Shown piece after piece: positions 36,705 through 50,230 of a stretch of DNA of 64,000 nt. Location of the stretch: the NCBI GenBank assembly GCA_038046725.1, contig JBBSVQ010000007.1:18409-82408 (forward strand). The letters are read 5' to 3'. How positions within the stretch are numbered: the stretch's first letter is position 1; each line of letters starts with the position of its first letter. This stretch comes from Thermoplasmatota archaeon. GTDB lineage: Archaea > Thermoplasmatota > E2 > JACPAO01 > JAHFTW01. The notes beneath the pieces are model-generated. The model saw nothing but the letters and a program-made list of their open reading frames with translations. It was not told the origin of the DNA and did not search any database. A program made the translations under genes and the position numbers.

Positions 36705-37993
36705 AGGCCCTCCTGGTCGTGGCCCTTGTGGCCGCGCTCACCCTTGCCGGGTGCAGTGGCGGAAAAGGCAAGAAGGAGCAGCCGACGTTCGTCCTGCCCC
36801 CGGAAATCAACGAGCGCGACATCAACCGCCTCAGCAACCTCGCCTCGAAGTTCCCGACCGCCTTCAGTTTCGAGGGTCAGCAGGCGCTTGAGCCAGTCAT
36901 TCATTGGATCAACGGCACGGTGGAGGCTGGAACCGGCTCCACCGGCATTGAACTCCCGAACGACGACGGACCGATAGACTACGGCGGGGACATCCTGACA
37001 TTCGACTTGGCCGACAAGGTGCCCGTGGGGCAACCCGTCGAGGTCCGCATCAACCTCAAATGGTGGGGGGACCCGGGGCGCGGGGCCGATCTCGACATTT
37101 ACGTCGACATGCCCGGCGAGCGAGGGGCCCTGAACCCGGAGCAGTATGACGAATCGAACAACTGGAACATCGTCAACAAGGCACGCGTGGTCAACTCCGT
37201 GCACCTGGAAGGCAAGCCGTTCCTCGTTGGGCTTCAGGTCAACAATGGCCGCATCGTCGACCCTGCCGGCATCCCCTATTCCATGAAGGTGGACCTCAAC
37301 TTCGTCGCCAACGTGTTGCCGCCGGCCACACCGTACGCCTTGCAGGTCCCGGAGAATTCGACCTTCATTGTCGTGGACACGGAACGCGTGGTCGGCGATG
37401 AACACGTCGACGTGGACTTCGTCGTCGTCGGGCCGGACGACAAGCGCATCTGGTCCATGCACCACAATGACATTGGCCAGGAAACGTTGTCGATCAGCGT
37501 CCGGGGCGGCGGGGAGTACATCGTCTACGCGCAACGAATGCACGGTGGCTTCCTGCGCATTGAAAGCGAAATCCCGAACGAGCAGTTCATCGCCCGCCAA
37601 CTCGAGTTGACCGAGACGGAAGTGATGCTGCACGCCGGCCCAGCACCGGCTCCTGGCACCTACGCTGAACAGGGCGGCGTGTCGTCCAACTCCTTCGGCG
37701 CCGAAGGAACGTTCGACGTCGGGCCCACGTTCCCCCTGGACATCATCCCGGTGATCACCGCCAGCGGCGGCAGCGTGGACGTCGCCATCAACGTCACGTC
37801 ACCCGTCGGGTGGCTCATCACGACCTTCGCGCGGGGAGCCTACGAGGACGAACGCGGCCGCGTCGGCGACTCCGCGACCGTTCGCATGGCGCCCGGTCGC
37901 GAGACCATGGACGTCGGGACGTACAGCTTCGGCGTCGTATCGAACACGGCGGGCGCCTCCCTTAGCGTGCTCGTCCTGTCGTACGTCCGGTGA
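36701..37993 (+). CDS. Secreted lipoprotein, function unknown
   Basis: MKALLVVALVAALTLAGC lipobox. ATGA overlap with the upstream gene. Confidence 0.75.
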   Translation: MKALLVVALVAALTLAGCSGGKGKKEQPTFVLPPEINERDINRLSNLASKFPTAFSFEGQQALEPVIHWINGTVEAGTGSTGIELPNDDGPIDYGGDILTFDLADKVPVGQPVEVRINLKWWGDPGRGADLDIYVDMPGERGALNPEQYDESNNWNIVNKARVVNSVHLEGKPFLVGLQVNNGRIVDPAGIPYSMKVDLNFVANVLPPATPYALQVPENSTFIVVDTERVVGDEHVDVDFVVVGPDDKRIWSMHHNDIGQETLSISVRGGGEYIVYAQRMHGGFLRIESEIPNEQFIARQLELTETEVMLHAGPAPAPGTYAEQGGVSSNSFGAEGTFDVGPTFPLDIIPVITASGGSVDVAINVTSPVGWLITTFARGAYEDERGRVGDSATVRMAPGRETMDVGTYSFGVVSNTAGASLSVLVLSYVR

Positions 37994-37997
37994 TCCG

Positions 37998-39266
37998 ATG
38001 CAACGGCTTTCGGCACTCCTCGTGCTTGCCTTCGTTGTTGCCGGATGCTCGGGCTCTCCAGGAAAGACGGAGGGTGGGCCGACAGGGGATGTGATTCTCT
38101 CCATCACCGATTCGCTGGCGACCGGCCGCATCGAGCTCCAAGGCGCATACCTGCGGGGAAGCGAGGGCTATGCACAAGCCATCGAAAACGGGACCACGTT
38201 CGCCTTCACGGGCACGGGCACCAATGTGTCCTCCGCCGGTCAGGTTCCTGCGGGCGCCTACGACCGCTTGCGTCTCTCGTTCGCCTCCGTCGAGTCGGGA
38301 GGACGCAAGGCGCTGATGACGCAAAGTGGCGTCGAGGTCGCCGTCAACATCACCGTCACGGACGGGGGAACGACGTCGATCAACTTGGCGTTCGCCTGGG
38401 CCGACTCGTTCTTCCCGAGCGAAAATGGCCTTGCCTTCACACCAATCCTGTCGAAGCTCCTCGTCACCGTGGACGGGGCCGAGACCCTTCGCCTCGAGGC
38501 CGCGCAAATCTCGACCGGGTCGGGCAAGGCGCCGGTGGCGCGCATGCGCGTCTTCGACGCAACAGGCCTCGAGGCCTTCGCCAGCACCTTCGTGGCCGAC
38601 AGTCCAGACAAGCCCGTCGTGGCGAACGCTGGGAACCTCACCTTCACGGCGACGCAATCCGAGCCGCTGCAGCCGGGCACCAAGCTCGCGAAGTATTCGT
38701 GGGACATCCAAGGGTTGCAACTCACTGGCAACACGGTCAAGTGGACGTCGCCTCTGAGCGGCGGGAACTTCACTGCGCGCCTGACCGTCGAGGACTCGGA
38801 CGGCAACACGGACGCGCAGACGATCAAGCTGGCATTGAAGCCGGGTGTGGCGTCGAAATCCGTGACATTCACCGGCGAGGCAACGGGCGCGGGCGGGACG
38901 CAAGGCGTCGTGGAACATCTCTTCGCGGTCAACACGACGGCGTTTGACAATGCGTCGGCTGCCCTCTCGCACGTCCTGCTGGTGATGGCGCCGGGTGCAG
39001 CGACCGTCCCCGCAAGTGACCTGGACGTGACGTTGGATGACGCTGCTGCCAAACGCATCGGCGCGCAGACGGGCCAAGGGTCCCAGCACAAGATCGACGT
39101 GGATGTCAGCGGCGTGGCCTCCGGGGATTGGAAGATCCGCGTCATCCCGGATCCTGCCGTGGGAGCCGCATACACCGTCACGGTGACGCTCACCTGGAAG
39201 GGCGTCAACCCGGGCATGGAAGCCTTCCTGGCTGCCTACGAAGACGGCCACTCGCACGTGCACTGA
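37998..39266 (+). CDS. Secreted lipoprotein with PKD-like domain
   Basis: LAFVVAGC lipobox. PKD-like segment YSWDIQG...FTARLTVEDSDGNTD. Confidence 0.75.
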   Translation: MQRLSALLVLAFVVAGCSGSPGKTEGGPTGDVILSITDSLATGRIELQGAYLRGSEGYAQAIENGTTFAFTGTGTNVSSAGQVPAGAYDRLRLSFASVESGGRKALMTQSGVEVAVNITVTDGGTTSINLAFAWADSFFPSENGLAFTPILSKLLVTVDGAETLRLEAAQISTGSGKAPVARMRVFDATGLEAFASTFVADSPDKPVVANAGNLTFTATQSEPLQPGTKLAKYSWDIQGLQLTGNTVKWTSPLSGGNFTARLTVEDSDGNTDAQTIKLALKPGVASKSVTFTGEATGAGGTQGVVEHLFAVNTTAFDNASAALSHVLLVMAPGAATVPASDLDVTLDDAAAKRIGAQTGQGSQHKIDVDVSGVASGDWKIRVIPDPAVGAAYTVTVTLTWKGVNPGMEAFLAAYEDGHSHVH

Positions 39267-39290
39267 GGCCTCCAGGAGGCCTCCAGGAGG
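39267..39290. repeat. Tandem 11-mer (ggcctccagga x2), self-complementary, directly after stop codon
   Basis: ggcctccaggaggcctccaggagg. ggcctccaggaggcc is a perfect palindrome. Likely a terminator hairpin. Confidence 0.4.
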
Positions 39291-39385
39291 GGGCAGAGAC
39301 GCGTTTCAAGGGAAAACCTTCATAAGCAACCAGGGACAACAATGGGTCCCCGACCCGGAATCGACCCCATGGGCTCCAAACGCTC

Positions 39386-39414
39386 ATATAGGGGTCCTCT
39401 TTGGGCGAAACTCC
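39386..39414 (+). promoter_or_regulatory. Putative rRNA operon promoter P1 (TATA-like element plus conserved downstream block)
   Basis: atataggggtcctctttgggcgaaactcc is similar to the copy 137 nt downstream and to the L1 promoter. Confidence 0.4.
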
Positions 39415-39522
39415 CCACATGGGGACCCCGGTGACCCGCCCTCTGGCGGCAAGGGGATGTGCGCCTTGATGCGCACGAGATCCACAATCCGTACCTCGGA
39501 ACCTTCGGGCTCCGAAGTGTAC

Positions 39523-39549
39523 AAATAGGGGTCGTGTTTCGGCGACTCC
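39523..39549 (+). promoter_or_regulatory. Putative rRNA operon promoter P2
   Basis: aaataggggtcgtgtttcggcgactcc, compared with tttatagggggtcggtgtcggcgact at the L1 operon. Confidence 0.4.
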
Positions 39550-40019
39550 TACCCCCAGTGGCCATATGCCATGGGGGGCTGACCGAGTCGCCCCGCAAGG
39601 GGGCAGGCGCGGGACCATTGGGTCCCTTTGAGGTCGCAACGAAGCCGGGTCTCTTCGGAGATTCGGCACAACCGATTCCGGCCATGTGCCGGAGTCAACA
39701 ATGGACACGACAGTGTCCTTGCCGGCGAAACTCCGTTTCGTCGGCGCAACGCGCGGGTCCGTTGGACCTTGAGAGGGCATCGCCCACGATGAGGCGGTCC
39801 ATCCAACCCGCTCGACATTCATGAGGGCCCTGAAACCCGACACGTCGTCTTCGGACGACCTCTGACGTGACCTCAACGGCCTGATGCACGAGACAGCAAG
39901 CAAGAAGATTGGTGCAAACTGAACCGGGATCGAGTGATCCCTGGTCGGTCCGCTGATTCCTAGAACGGATGGTGCACAACGTGTGTATCATCCACTAACA
40001 TGACCGTGTTGGTGGATCA

Positions 40020-41489
<1,470 letters not shown>

Positions 41490-41707
41490 ATAATTTCGTA
41501 CCACTCCGTTCTGGAGTAGTTGGTGCGCTCAACAGCGCATCGGCCTGCGGGCCGACCGGGCACTAGACGGTCCCGGTTCAAGTGAGCACCAATCTGAAGT
41601 CTGTCTCGTGCTGTCGCGGAAAACCAGCGCCTCGAGCGCGGAGCTGCCATGGCTCCGGGTCCGGTCATGCCTCAGGCAAGACCGAGCCCGGCGCGCTGCG
41701 GCGCACC

Positions 41708-41780
41708 GGGCTCGTAGCTCAGCTGGTAGAGCACCCCGTTTGCAACGGGGTGGCCTCGGGTTCAAATCCCGACGAGTCCA
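41708..41780 (+). tRNA. tRNA-Ala (anticodon UGC) in the 16S-23S spacer
   Basis: gggctcgtagctcagctggtagagcaccccgtttgcaacggggtggcctcgggttcaaatcccgacgagtcca. G3:U70 identity pair, anticodon loop UU-UGC-AA. Confidence 0.95.
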
Positions 41781-42065
41781 TGGGAGCAATCCCAGCCTGG
41801 ACCTCGCAAGAGGTCCGCGACAAATCCAAAATCCGTCTGCCATGCAACTCATGGTCGACGGGAACACCCTAGGCGGCCTGTCAAGACAGCAGGCATGTCC
41901 CGCACGTCAGTGCGTGGATCGCCGATGAAGGTGGTCGGTGCAAAATGTCAGCCCGTCGATGCCCTTTGGGGCGTCGATGCGGCTGATGCCGCATCGACGT
42001 GCATACGCAGCCTGGACTAAGCAGAGTGCCGAAGTCAATTTTATTAGAGTTCGACTTCAGGAATG

Positions 42066-44945
<2,880 letters not shown>

Positions 44946-45103
44946 ATGACTGAATGTCCGATCTAGGAGAACCGACTTCGGTACTCTGCTTCCAAAAGGC
45001 TGCGTATGTATGCGCAGATTCCACAGATTGCAAAACAACATTCCGCAGATTGATTTCTGCGAAATCGTTGGTCCGCGATCTGCGAAATCTGTGCTTCACA
45101 CTC

Positions 45104-45229
<126 letters not shown>

Positions 45230-45371
45230 TCCCTCTCCATCCCTTCGGGGTTGGGGAGGTTAGGCTCCGGCCGCAAGGCCGGGGTCTTCCTATCCATCGT
45301 CCAGGCTGCAATCACCCTGGATTCCTTCCCCCTTGCATCTCGGTCGAGCCACGAAGGCTCCCCTTCCCACC

Positions 45372-48300
45372 ATGGCGGTCCTCCGCTACTGCCCCCACGG
45401 CAACCTGCGCTCCACGTGCCCTCAGTGCCGGGGCGATGTCGTCGCGGAGGCCGAGACCCGAGCCGCCGCCAACCGCGCCCGTGGCGAGTCGGGCAGCATG
45501 GGCCGCATCGAGGGCGCCGAGCTGCACTATCCTTGGCAGCGCTCGGCCTTGGAGGCTTGGACCGACGGGGGCCGCACCGGCCTCGTCGCCTTCTCGCTCG
45601 GACTGCCGACCGGCGATCTGCCCTACGCCGTCATCGCCGACATCGTCAACGCCAGTCCCACGTCGAATGTCCTGGTCGCATGTGCTCCCAGCGAGTCCGA
45701 GGAGATGCGGTCCACGCTCGAGGGCCGGTTTGGCCTGCGGCCCACGGCCCTCGTCGACCACCACTTCCTTGAGCCGCGCAACGACGGTGCCCTGGTCATT
45801 GCCGACTTGCAGGAGCTCGAGACCATCGACGTCTCCTCGTGGGGCCGCTTCGCGAGCAACGGCCTTCTCCTTCTGTTGGACGCGGACGGCGTCACGCAGG
45901 GTCTTGGTGCCCACCTCGTCGAGGCGCAGTTCCGCCACCGCTTCTGCCTGAGCCGCCAGCCCAGCGCCATCGACCTCCTGTGGACCCGCCCTTGGGCCCG
46001 CGCCTTCGGTCCCCTGCTGTTCCGCAGCACGGAGGAGGAGGCCCGCGACCTCGGCATCCTGCCGCGCATCAAGTACAGACTGCACGTCGAAATGCTCAAG
46101 CCGGAGGCCCGCGGCAACTCTGGCTTCGGACCGGAGGGGCCGTGGGAAGCCGCGGACATCCCGACGCGCCTCCCGGCCCTGCAAGCAGGGCCGTTCATCC
46201 GTAGCCGCGCCCGCGACGTGGCCATCCGCCGCGCCAAGGAATCGCCGGACCTTCTCGTCATCCACGACGGCGTTCCCGTGCCAGGTGCCCAGGCAACCCT
46301 CAAGCTCTCGGAGCTTCCCGACAAGCGCGATCCGGCTCCGGCTGCTTGGGTCCTCGCCACGCCGACGGCGGACGGCAAGGCCATCCTGCGTCTTGCAACC
46401 GTGGCCTTCAAGACCATCGGGCAACCCGGTGCCATTGGCGCCGTGGAGGACGCCGTCGTTCTGCCCGTCCCCGTTGACCTGTGCCGTCAGCCGCCATGGA
46501 GCGACCAGTGGCGCATGGCCGCCAACCAGCTTGACCGCGTCGCGGCGGGCCTCTTGCTGGCCACGGATGTCAGCCAGGCGATGATGGTCGAGGACCTCGA
46601 GTCCCTCGTCGGCGTTGCCCTTGCCTTGCGCGGCATTCCCGCGGAGGAACTCTACAAGCTCACGCCCGTCGTCGCCGAGGCCGCCCAGGCTGCGCATGCC
46701 GGCGAATCGATTGCCCCCGACCGCGTCCGCGCCGCGGCACGCTCGGCCGGCGGCCTCGCTGCGTCCCTTCTCGTCGCCGCCGAATCCGGTCCTCTGCACC
46801 TGCTTCGCATCGCGCATCCGCGCTTCACGCCCGTCGTGCCCGACCTGCCGCATCCTAGCCTATACGATGCGCGTCGGCACGCGTGGCGCGGCCGGGCCTT
46901 CGCCGCCCTCGCAAACGCAGCCAAGGCCGCCGACCTGGTCACCGCCTGGGGCCGCTACCCGGAGCTGCGCTTCGTCTTCCCGTCCTCCGCCTTGCTCGAG
47001 GCCGCCACGGCCTACTGCGCCAAGCACAAGCTGCGCGGCCCCCTCGATGACGAGGAGTTCAAGCCCATCCCGGACAAGACGGCCATCGCCAAGGGCGACC
47101 GCGCCGGCGCAGCCGCCGTCCTGAAGGAATGGAACGACGCCCTGGTGCTCGCCGAGGAGCACGAACGCGAATTCCTGGCGGACATGCACGCCCGCCAGCC
47201 CGAGCGTGAGCGCCGCCGCGAAGGCGCCGCCCTGCCCAACGTGTACGTCGTGGACCGCAGCCCGGACGCCATGACGCTTGAGGCGCAGGAAGGCCGCTTC
47301 CCACCCACCAACATTTCCCCCGGGTCCGAGGTCGCCCTCGTGGAGATTGGCCTGCGCGACGAGCTGTGCCGCGGCATCGTGTCCAAGATCAGCCGCCGGC
47401 GCATCGTCATCGAGTTCCCGGCGGGCGCGCCACGGCACCGCATGCCGCCCAAGCTCACCGTCAACCTGGTCTTCGATGCCAAGGTGTTCGAGGCCTACCA
47501 CTCGGCGGTCCTCGGGGCGCAGCGCGCCCTCTCGGCCACGACTCCAGTGGACGACGGCCCGGACGGCCTGCTGCGCGCCGCCCTCCTTGGCGAGTCCGAC
47601 CCGCCCGAGTCCATTCGCCAGTCCCTCCGGGGCGGCTCCCTCACGGATTCGCAGCGCACCTCCATCAACCAGGTCCTGTCGGGCGGCCGCGTCCGCCTCG
47701 TGCACGGCCCGCCCGGCACCGGCAAGACGCACACCCTGGTGCACCTCGCCCTGGCGCTCGCCCGCGCAGGCCACTCCGTTCTCGTCACGGCAGATTCCAA
47801 CGCCGCCGTGGACAACCTCGTCGTCGGCTTGCGGCGCAACGGCGGCCTCGCGGTGCGCATCGGACACGCCGTCAACCTGCGTGACGAGGCGGCCGAGGCT
47901 GCGCGCATCGACCCCATGGAAGCCCCGCCCTTCGTGCGCTGGGCCGCCCAGCAGGGCATCATCGTCGCCACGACGAACTACGGCGCCTTCCGCTACATCG
48001 ACCCCAAGGGCGGCATGAGCCCCTTCGTCTTCGACTACGTCATCCACGACGAAGCCGGGCAGGCGACGGCGCCGTCCAGCCTTGCCGCCGTCATGCGCGG
48101 CCGCCGCCTCGTGCTCGCCGGCGACCCCAAACAGCTTCCCCCGACGGTCGTCTCGATGGATGCCAAGGAGGCCGGCCTCGACGTCACGTTGTTCGAGCGC
48201 ATCGAGTCGCTCACCGGGCGCACGCGCACGCGCATGCTCGAGACGCAGTTCCGCATGCGGACGGAGATTGCCGCATTCAGCAATCTCCGTTACTACGAAG

Positions 48301-49643
48301 GAAAACTCAAGACGGACGAGAGCGCCGCGAAGCAGGAAGGCCTGCCCGACCTGCCTGCCGCCGCATTCCAGCACGTCACCGGGCGCGAGAACGAGCGCCA
48401 ACGCAACGGCTCCATCTCCAACGACTTCGAGGTCGCCTGCGTCGCCGACCTCGTGGAGAAGTTCACGCCGGCCTGCCGCGAGCAGGGCTGGACGATGGCC
48501 GTGCTCACGCCGTACCAGGCGCAACGCGAAGCCATCCGCCGCCGCCTGCCGGACACGGAAGTCTCCACGGTCGATGGCGCGCAGGGCCGCGAATGGGACG
48601 TCGTGCTGTACTCGACGGTGCGTTCCAACCCGCAGCACCGCCTCGGCTTCGTCGAGGACGAGCGCCGCCTCAACGTTGCCGTCACGCGCGCCAAGCGCAA
48701 CTTCATGCTCGTCGGCGATGAGCGCACCTTGGCCGACAACGACGCCTTCCGTTCGCTGCTTTCGACGCTCGGCAAGGTTCGCCTGCACTATCCGCCCCGC
48801 GACGCGCACGGCCGTGACCAGCGCGGCGCCCCGTTGCCGCCGCAGCGCCACCAGGCGCCGCAGGACGGCGGATTCGACGGTGGCCGCCGCCGGCGCCGCC
48901 GCCGGCGCGGCGGACGCGGCCGCGGCGACGACGTGGGCGGCCCCGAGGAAGGCATGCCGCGTCCGGCGCCCGGTCCGACGTACAGTCCGCCGCCGCGCCA
49001 AGCGCAGCCCGCACCGCAGCAGCGCCCGGACGATCGCCAAGCCGCGCCGCGCCGCGACGAGCGCGCGCCGCAGCGTCAGCGCCCCGATCCGCGCGTCGAT
49101 CTCCCACTGCCCGAGTTGCCCACGGGGCCGCGCCCCGAGCGGCGCAAGTTCGTCGTGGGCGAAGCCCACGACGCGGCGCAGCCGCCCGATGTGTCACCTG
49201 AACCACAGTCTTCGGCATCGCCCGCCGCAAAGCCGGCGACGCCGGAACCGTCCCTGCCAATGCGTCCGTCGGCGCCTGCCATCCCCTTGGCGGCCAGCGA
49301 CGACCGCCCCGTCAAGGGCAAGCGGTCGGCCAAGGCAGCCAAACCCGGATCCAAGTCAGGCCGGGCCGGCACCAAGTCCGAAGCGCCCGTCGCTGCCGCT
49401 GTAGTGCCGACGGCCGCCAGGCCGAAGGCCGCGGGCAAGGCTCCCAAGGCGGCCAAGGCCGACGCGCCGACGGACAAGCTTGCCGGGAAGACGGGCAAGC
49501 CGGAGAAACCGGCCAAGGCTGCGAAGGCCGCGAAGCCGGCCGCGGGCAAGGGCGGGCTGTGCGCTGGAGCAACGCAGGCCGGCGGCGCTTGCAGGAACAA
49601 GGCGCAGCCCGGTTCCCGGTTCTGCGCGCGCCACGCCGTCTAA
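45372..49643 (+). CDS. Giant multidomain helicase: Zn knuckle, degenerate SF2/ResIII-like module, Upf1/IGHMBP2-like SF1 helicase (AAA_11/AAA_12), RGG and AKP-rich tail, C-terminal CCCH knuckle
   Basis: VHGPPGTGKTH (Walker A), IHDEAGQ (Walker B), LAGDPKQLPP, TQFRM, LTPYQAQ, VDGAQGRE, RRLNVAVTRAK. The N-terminal region has PWQRSALEAW plus LPTGDLPYAV in place of a P-loop. Tail has GGRRRRRRRGGRGRGDD and KAAKAAKPAAGK. Ends CAGATQAGGACRNKAQPGSRFCARH. Confidence 0.85.
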   Translation: MAVLRYCPHGNLRSTCPQCRGDVVAEAETRAAANRARGESGSMGRIEGAELHYPWQRSALEAWTDGGRTGLVAFSLGLPTGDLPYAVIADIVNASPTSNVLVACAPSESEEMRSTLEGRFGLRPTALVDHHFLEPRNDGALVIADLQELETIDVSSWGRFASNGLLLLLDADGVTQGLGAHLVEAQFRHRFCLSRQPSAIDLLWTRPWARAFGPLLFRSTEEEARDLGILPRIKYRLHVEMLKPEARGNSGFGPEGPWEAADIPTRLPALQAGPFIRSRARDVAIRRAKESPDLLVIHDGVPVPGAQATLKLSELPDKRDPAPAAWVLATPTADGKAILRLATVAFKTIGQPGAIGAVEDAVVLPVPVDLCRQPPWSDQWRMAANQLDRVAAGLLLATDVSQAMMVEDLESLVGVALALRGIPAEELYKLTPVVAEAAQAAHAGESIAPDRVRAAARSAGGLAASLLVAAESGPLHLLRIAHPRFTPVVPDLPHPSLYDARRHAWRGRAFAALANAAKAADLVTAWGRYPELRFVFPSSALLEAATAYCAKHKLRGPLDDEEFKPIPDKTAIAKGDRAGAAAVLKEWNDALVLAEEHEREFLADMHARQPERERRREGAALPNVYVVDRSPDAMTLEAQEGRFPPTNISPGSEVALVEIGLRDELCRGIVSKISRRRIVIEFPAGAPRHRMPPKLTVNLVFDAKVFEAYHSAVLGAQRALSATTPVDDGPDGLLRAALLGESDPPESIRQSLRGGSLTDSQRTSINQVLSGGRVRLVHGPPGTGKTHTLVHLALALARAGHSVLVTADSNAAVDNLVVGLRRNGGLAVRIGHAVNLRDEAAEAARIDPMEAPPFVRWAAQQGIIVATTNYGAFRYIDPKGGMSPFVFDYVIHDEAGQATAPSSLAAVMRGRRLVLAGDPKQLPPTVVSMDAKEAGLDVTLFERIESLTGRTRTRMLETQFRMRTEIAAFSNLRYYEGKLKTDESAAKQEGLPDLPAAAFQHVTGRENERQRNGSISNDFEVACVADLVEKFTPACREQGWTMAVLTPYQAQREAIRRRLPDTEVSTVDGAQGREWDVVLYSTVRSNPQHRLGFVEDERRLNVAVTRAKRNFMLVGDERTLADNDAFRSLLSTLGKVRLHYPPRDAHGRDQRGAPLPPQRHQAPQDGGFDGGRRRRRRRRGGRGRGDDVGGPEEGMPRPAPGPTYSPPPRQAQPAPQQRPDDRQAAPRRDERAPQRQRPDPRVDLPLPELPTGPRPERRKFVVGEAHDAAQPPDVSPEPQSSASPAAKPATPEPSLPMRPSAPAIPLAASDDRPVKGKRSAKAAKPGSKSGRAGTKSEAPVAAAVVPTAARPKAAGKAPKAAKADAPTDKLAGKTGKPEKPAKAAKAAKPAAGKGGLCAGATQAGGACRNKAQPGSRFCARHAV

Positions 49644-50230
49644 GGTGCCTTTCGTTCCTTGACGAGGCGCCGGACCTTGCGTCCCACGGTGACGATGACG
49701 AGAAGGACACTTGGCGTGGCGGCGATGTAGCCGAGAACCAGGCTGCGCGATTCCTCCTCGAGGTACCGGATGGTGATCTGAACGCTTACGGCCCCCTGCG
49801 TCGGTCCCGTCAAGTCAGGCACCGTGTCGTTGCTGTAGTGGTTGTCGGAGTTGTCGAAGACCAGGAGGTACTCGGTGACGCCGTCGGACAGCAAAGCGAA
49901 GACGGCTTCTCCGTCCACCCCGATGCGCGAGTGCTCGGCGTAGTAGCTGAACGGCTGCTGCAGCGACAGGCGGCCATTGTCGGCCAGGGAATCGGACCAT
50001 TCTTTTTCCATGACGTACAGGTCGAAGGCGCCGCCCGTGGCGTGGACCTCGATGGCGATGGGGGTGCCAGCAATGGTCGGTTGCAAGGTCGTCTGGCGGG
50101 CCTCCCCCGGCGCAAGTTGGAAGGCGGGGGCGCTGTCGACCTTCAGTTCGTTGTCGGGGTCGTAGTAGATGAGCGCGAAGATTGCGCCGAAGACGGCGAG
50201 GCCGACGAGGGCAACGGTGAGACGGATCAC
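49640..50230 (-). CDS. Bitopic/double-anchored membrane protein, function unknown
   Basis: GTG at 50230 overlaps the upstream stop (GTGA). N-terminal TM (LTVALVGLAVFGAIFALI), about 140-aa extracytoplasmic beta-rich domain, C-terminal TM and basic tail. Confidence 0.55.
   Translation of the reverse strand: MIRLTVALVGLAVFGAIFALIYYDPDNELKVDSAPAFQLAPGEARQTTLQPTIAGTPIAIEVHATGGAFDLYVMEKEWSDSLADNGRLSLQQPFSYYAEHSRIGVDGEAVFALLSDGVTEYLLVFDNSDNHYSNDTVPDLTGPTQGAVSVQITIRYLEEESRSLVLGYIAATPSVLLVIVTVGRKVRRLVKERKAP

Noticed and set aside
39205-39991. ORFs in the rRNA leader (39205-39903 minus, 39320-39685 minus, 39459-39824 plus, 39695-39991 minus)
   Set aside because: They lie in the promoter and leader region of the rRNA operon, mutually overlap, and have no coding-type composition. 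Likewise, all track ORFs from 40000 to 45153 fall inside the rRNA genes or their spacers.
41940-42065. Lower-GC insert between two gatgaagg-containing segments, considered as a 23S rRNA intron
   Set aside because: Alignment to archaeal 23S 5-prime ends places the mature start at about 42066, so the segment is spacer. It forms the 5-prime arm of the processing stem with the 3-prime flank.
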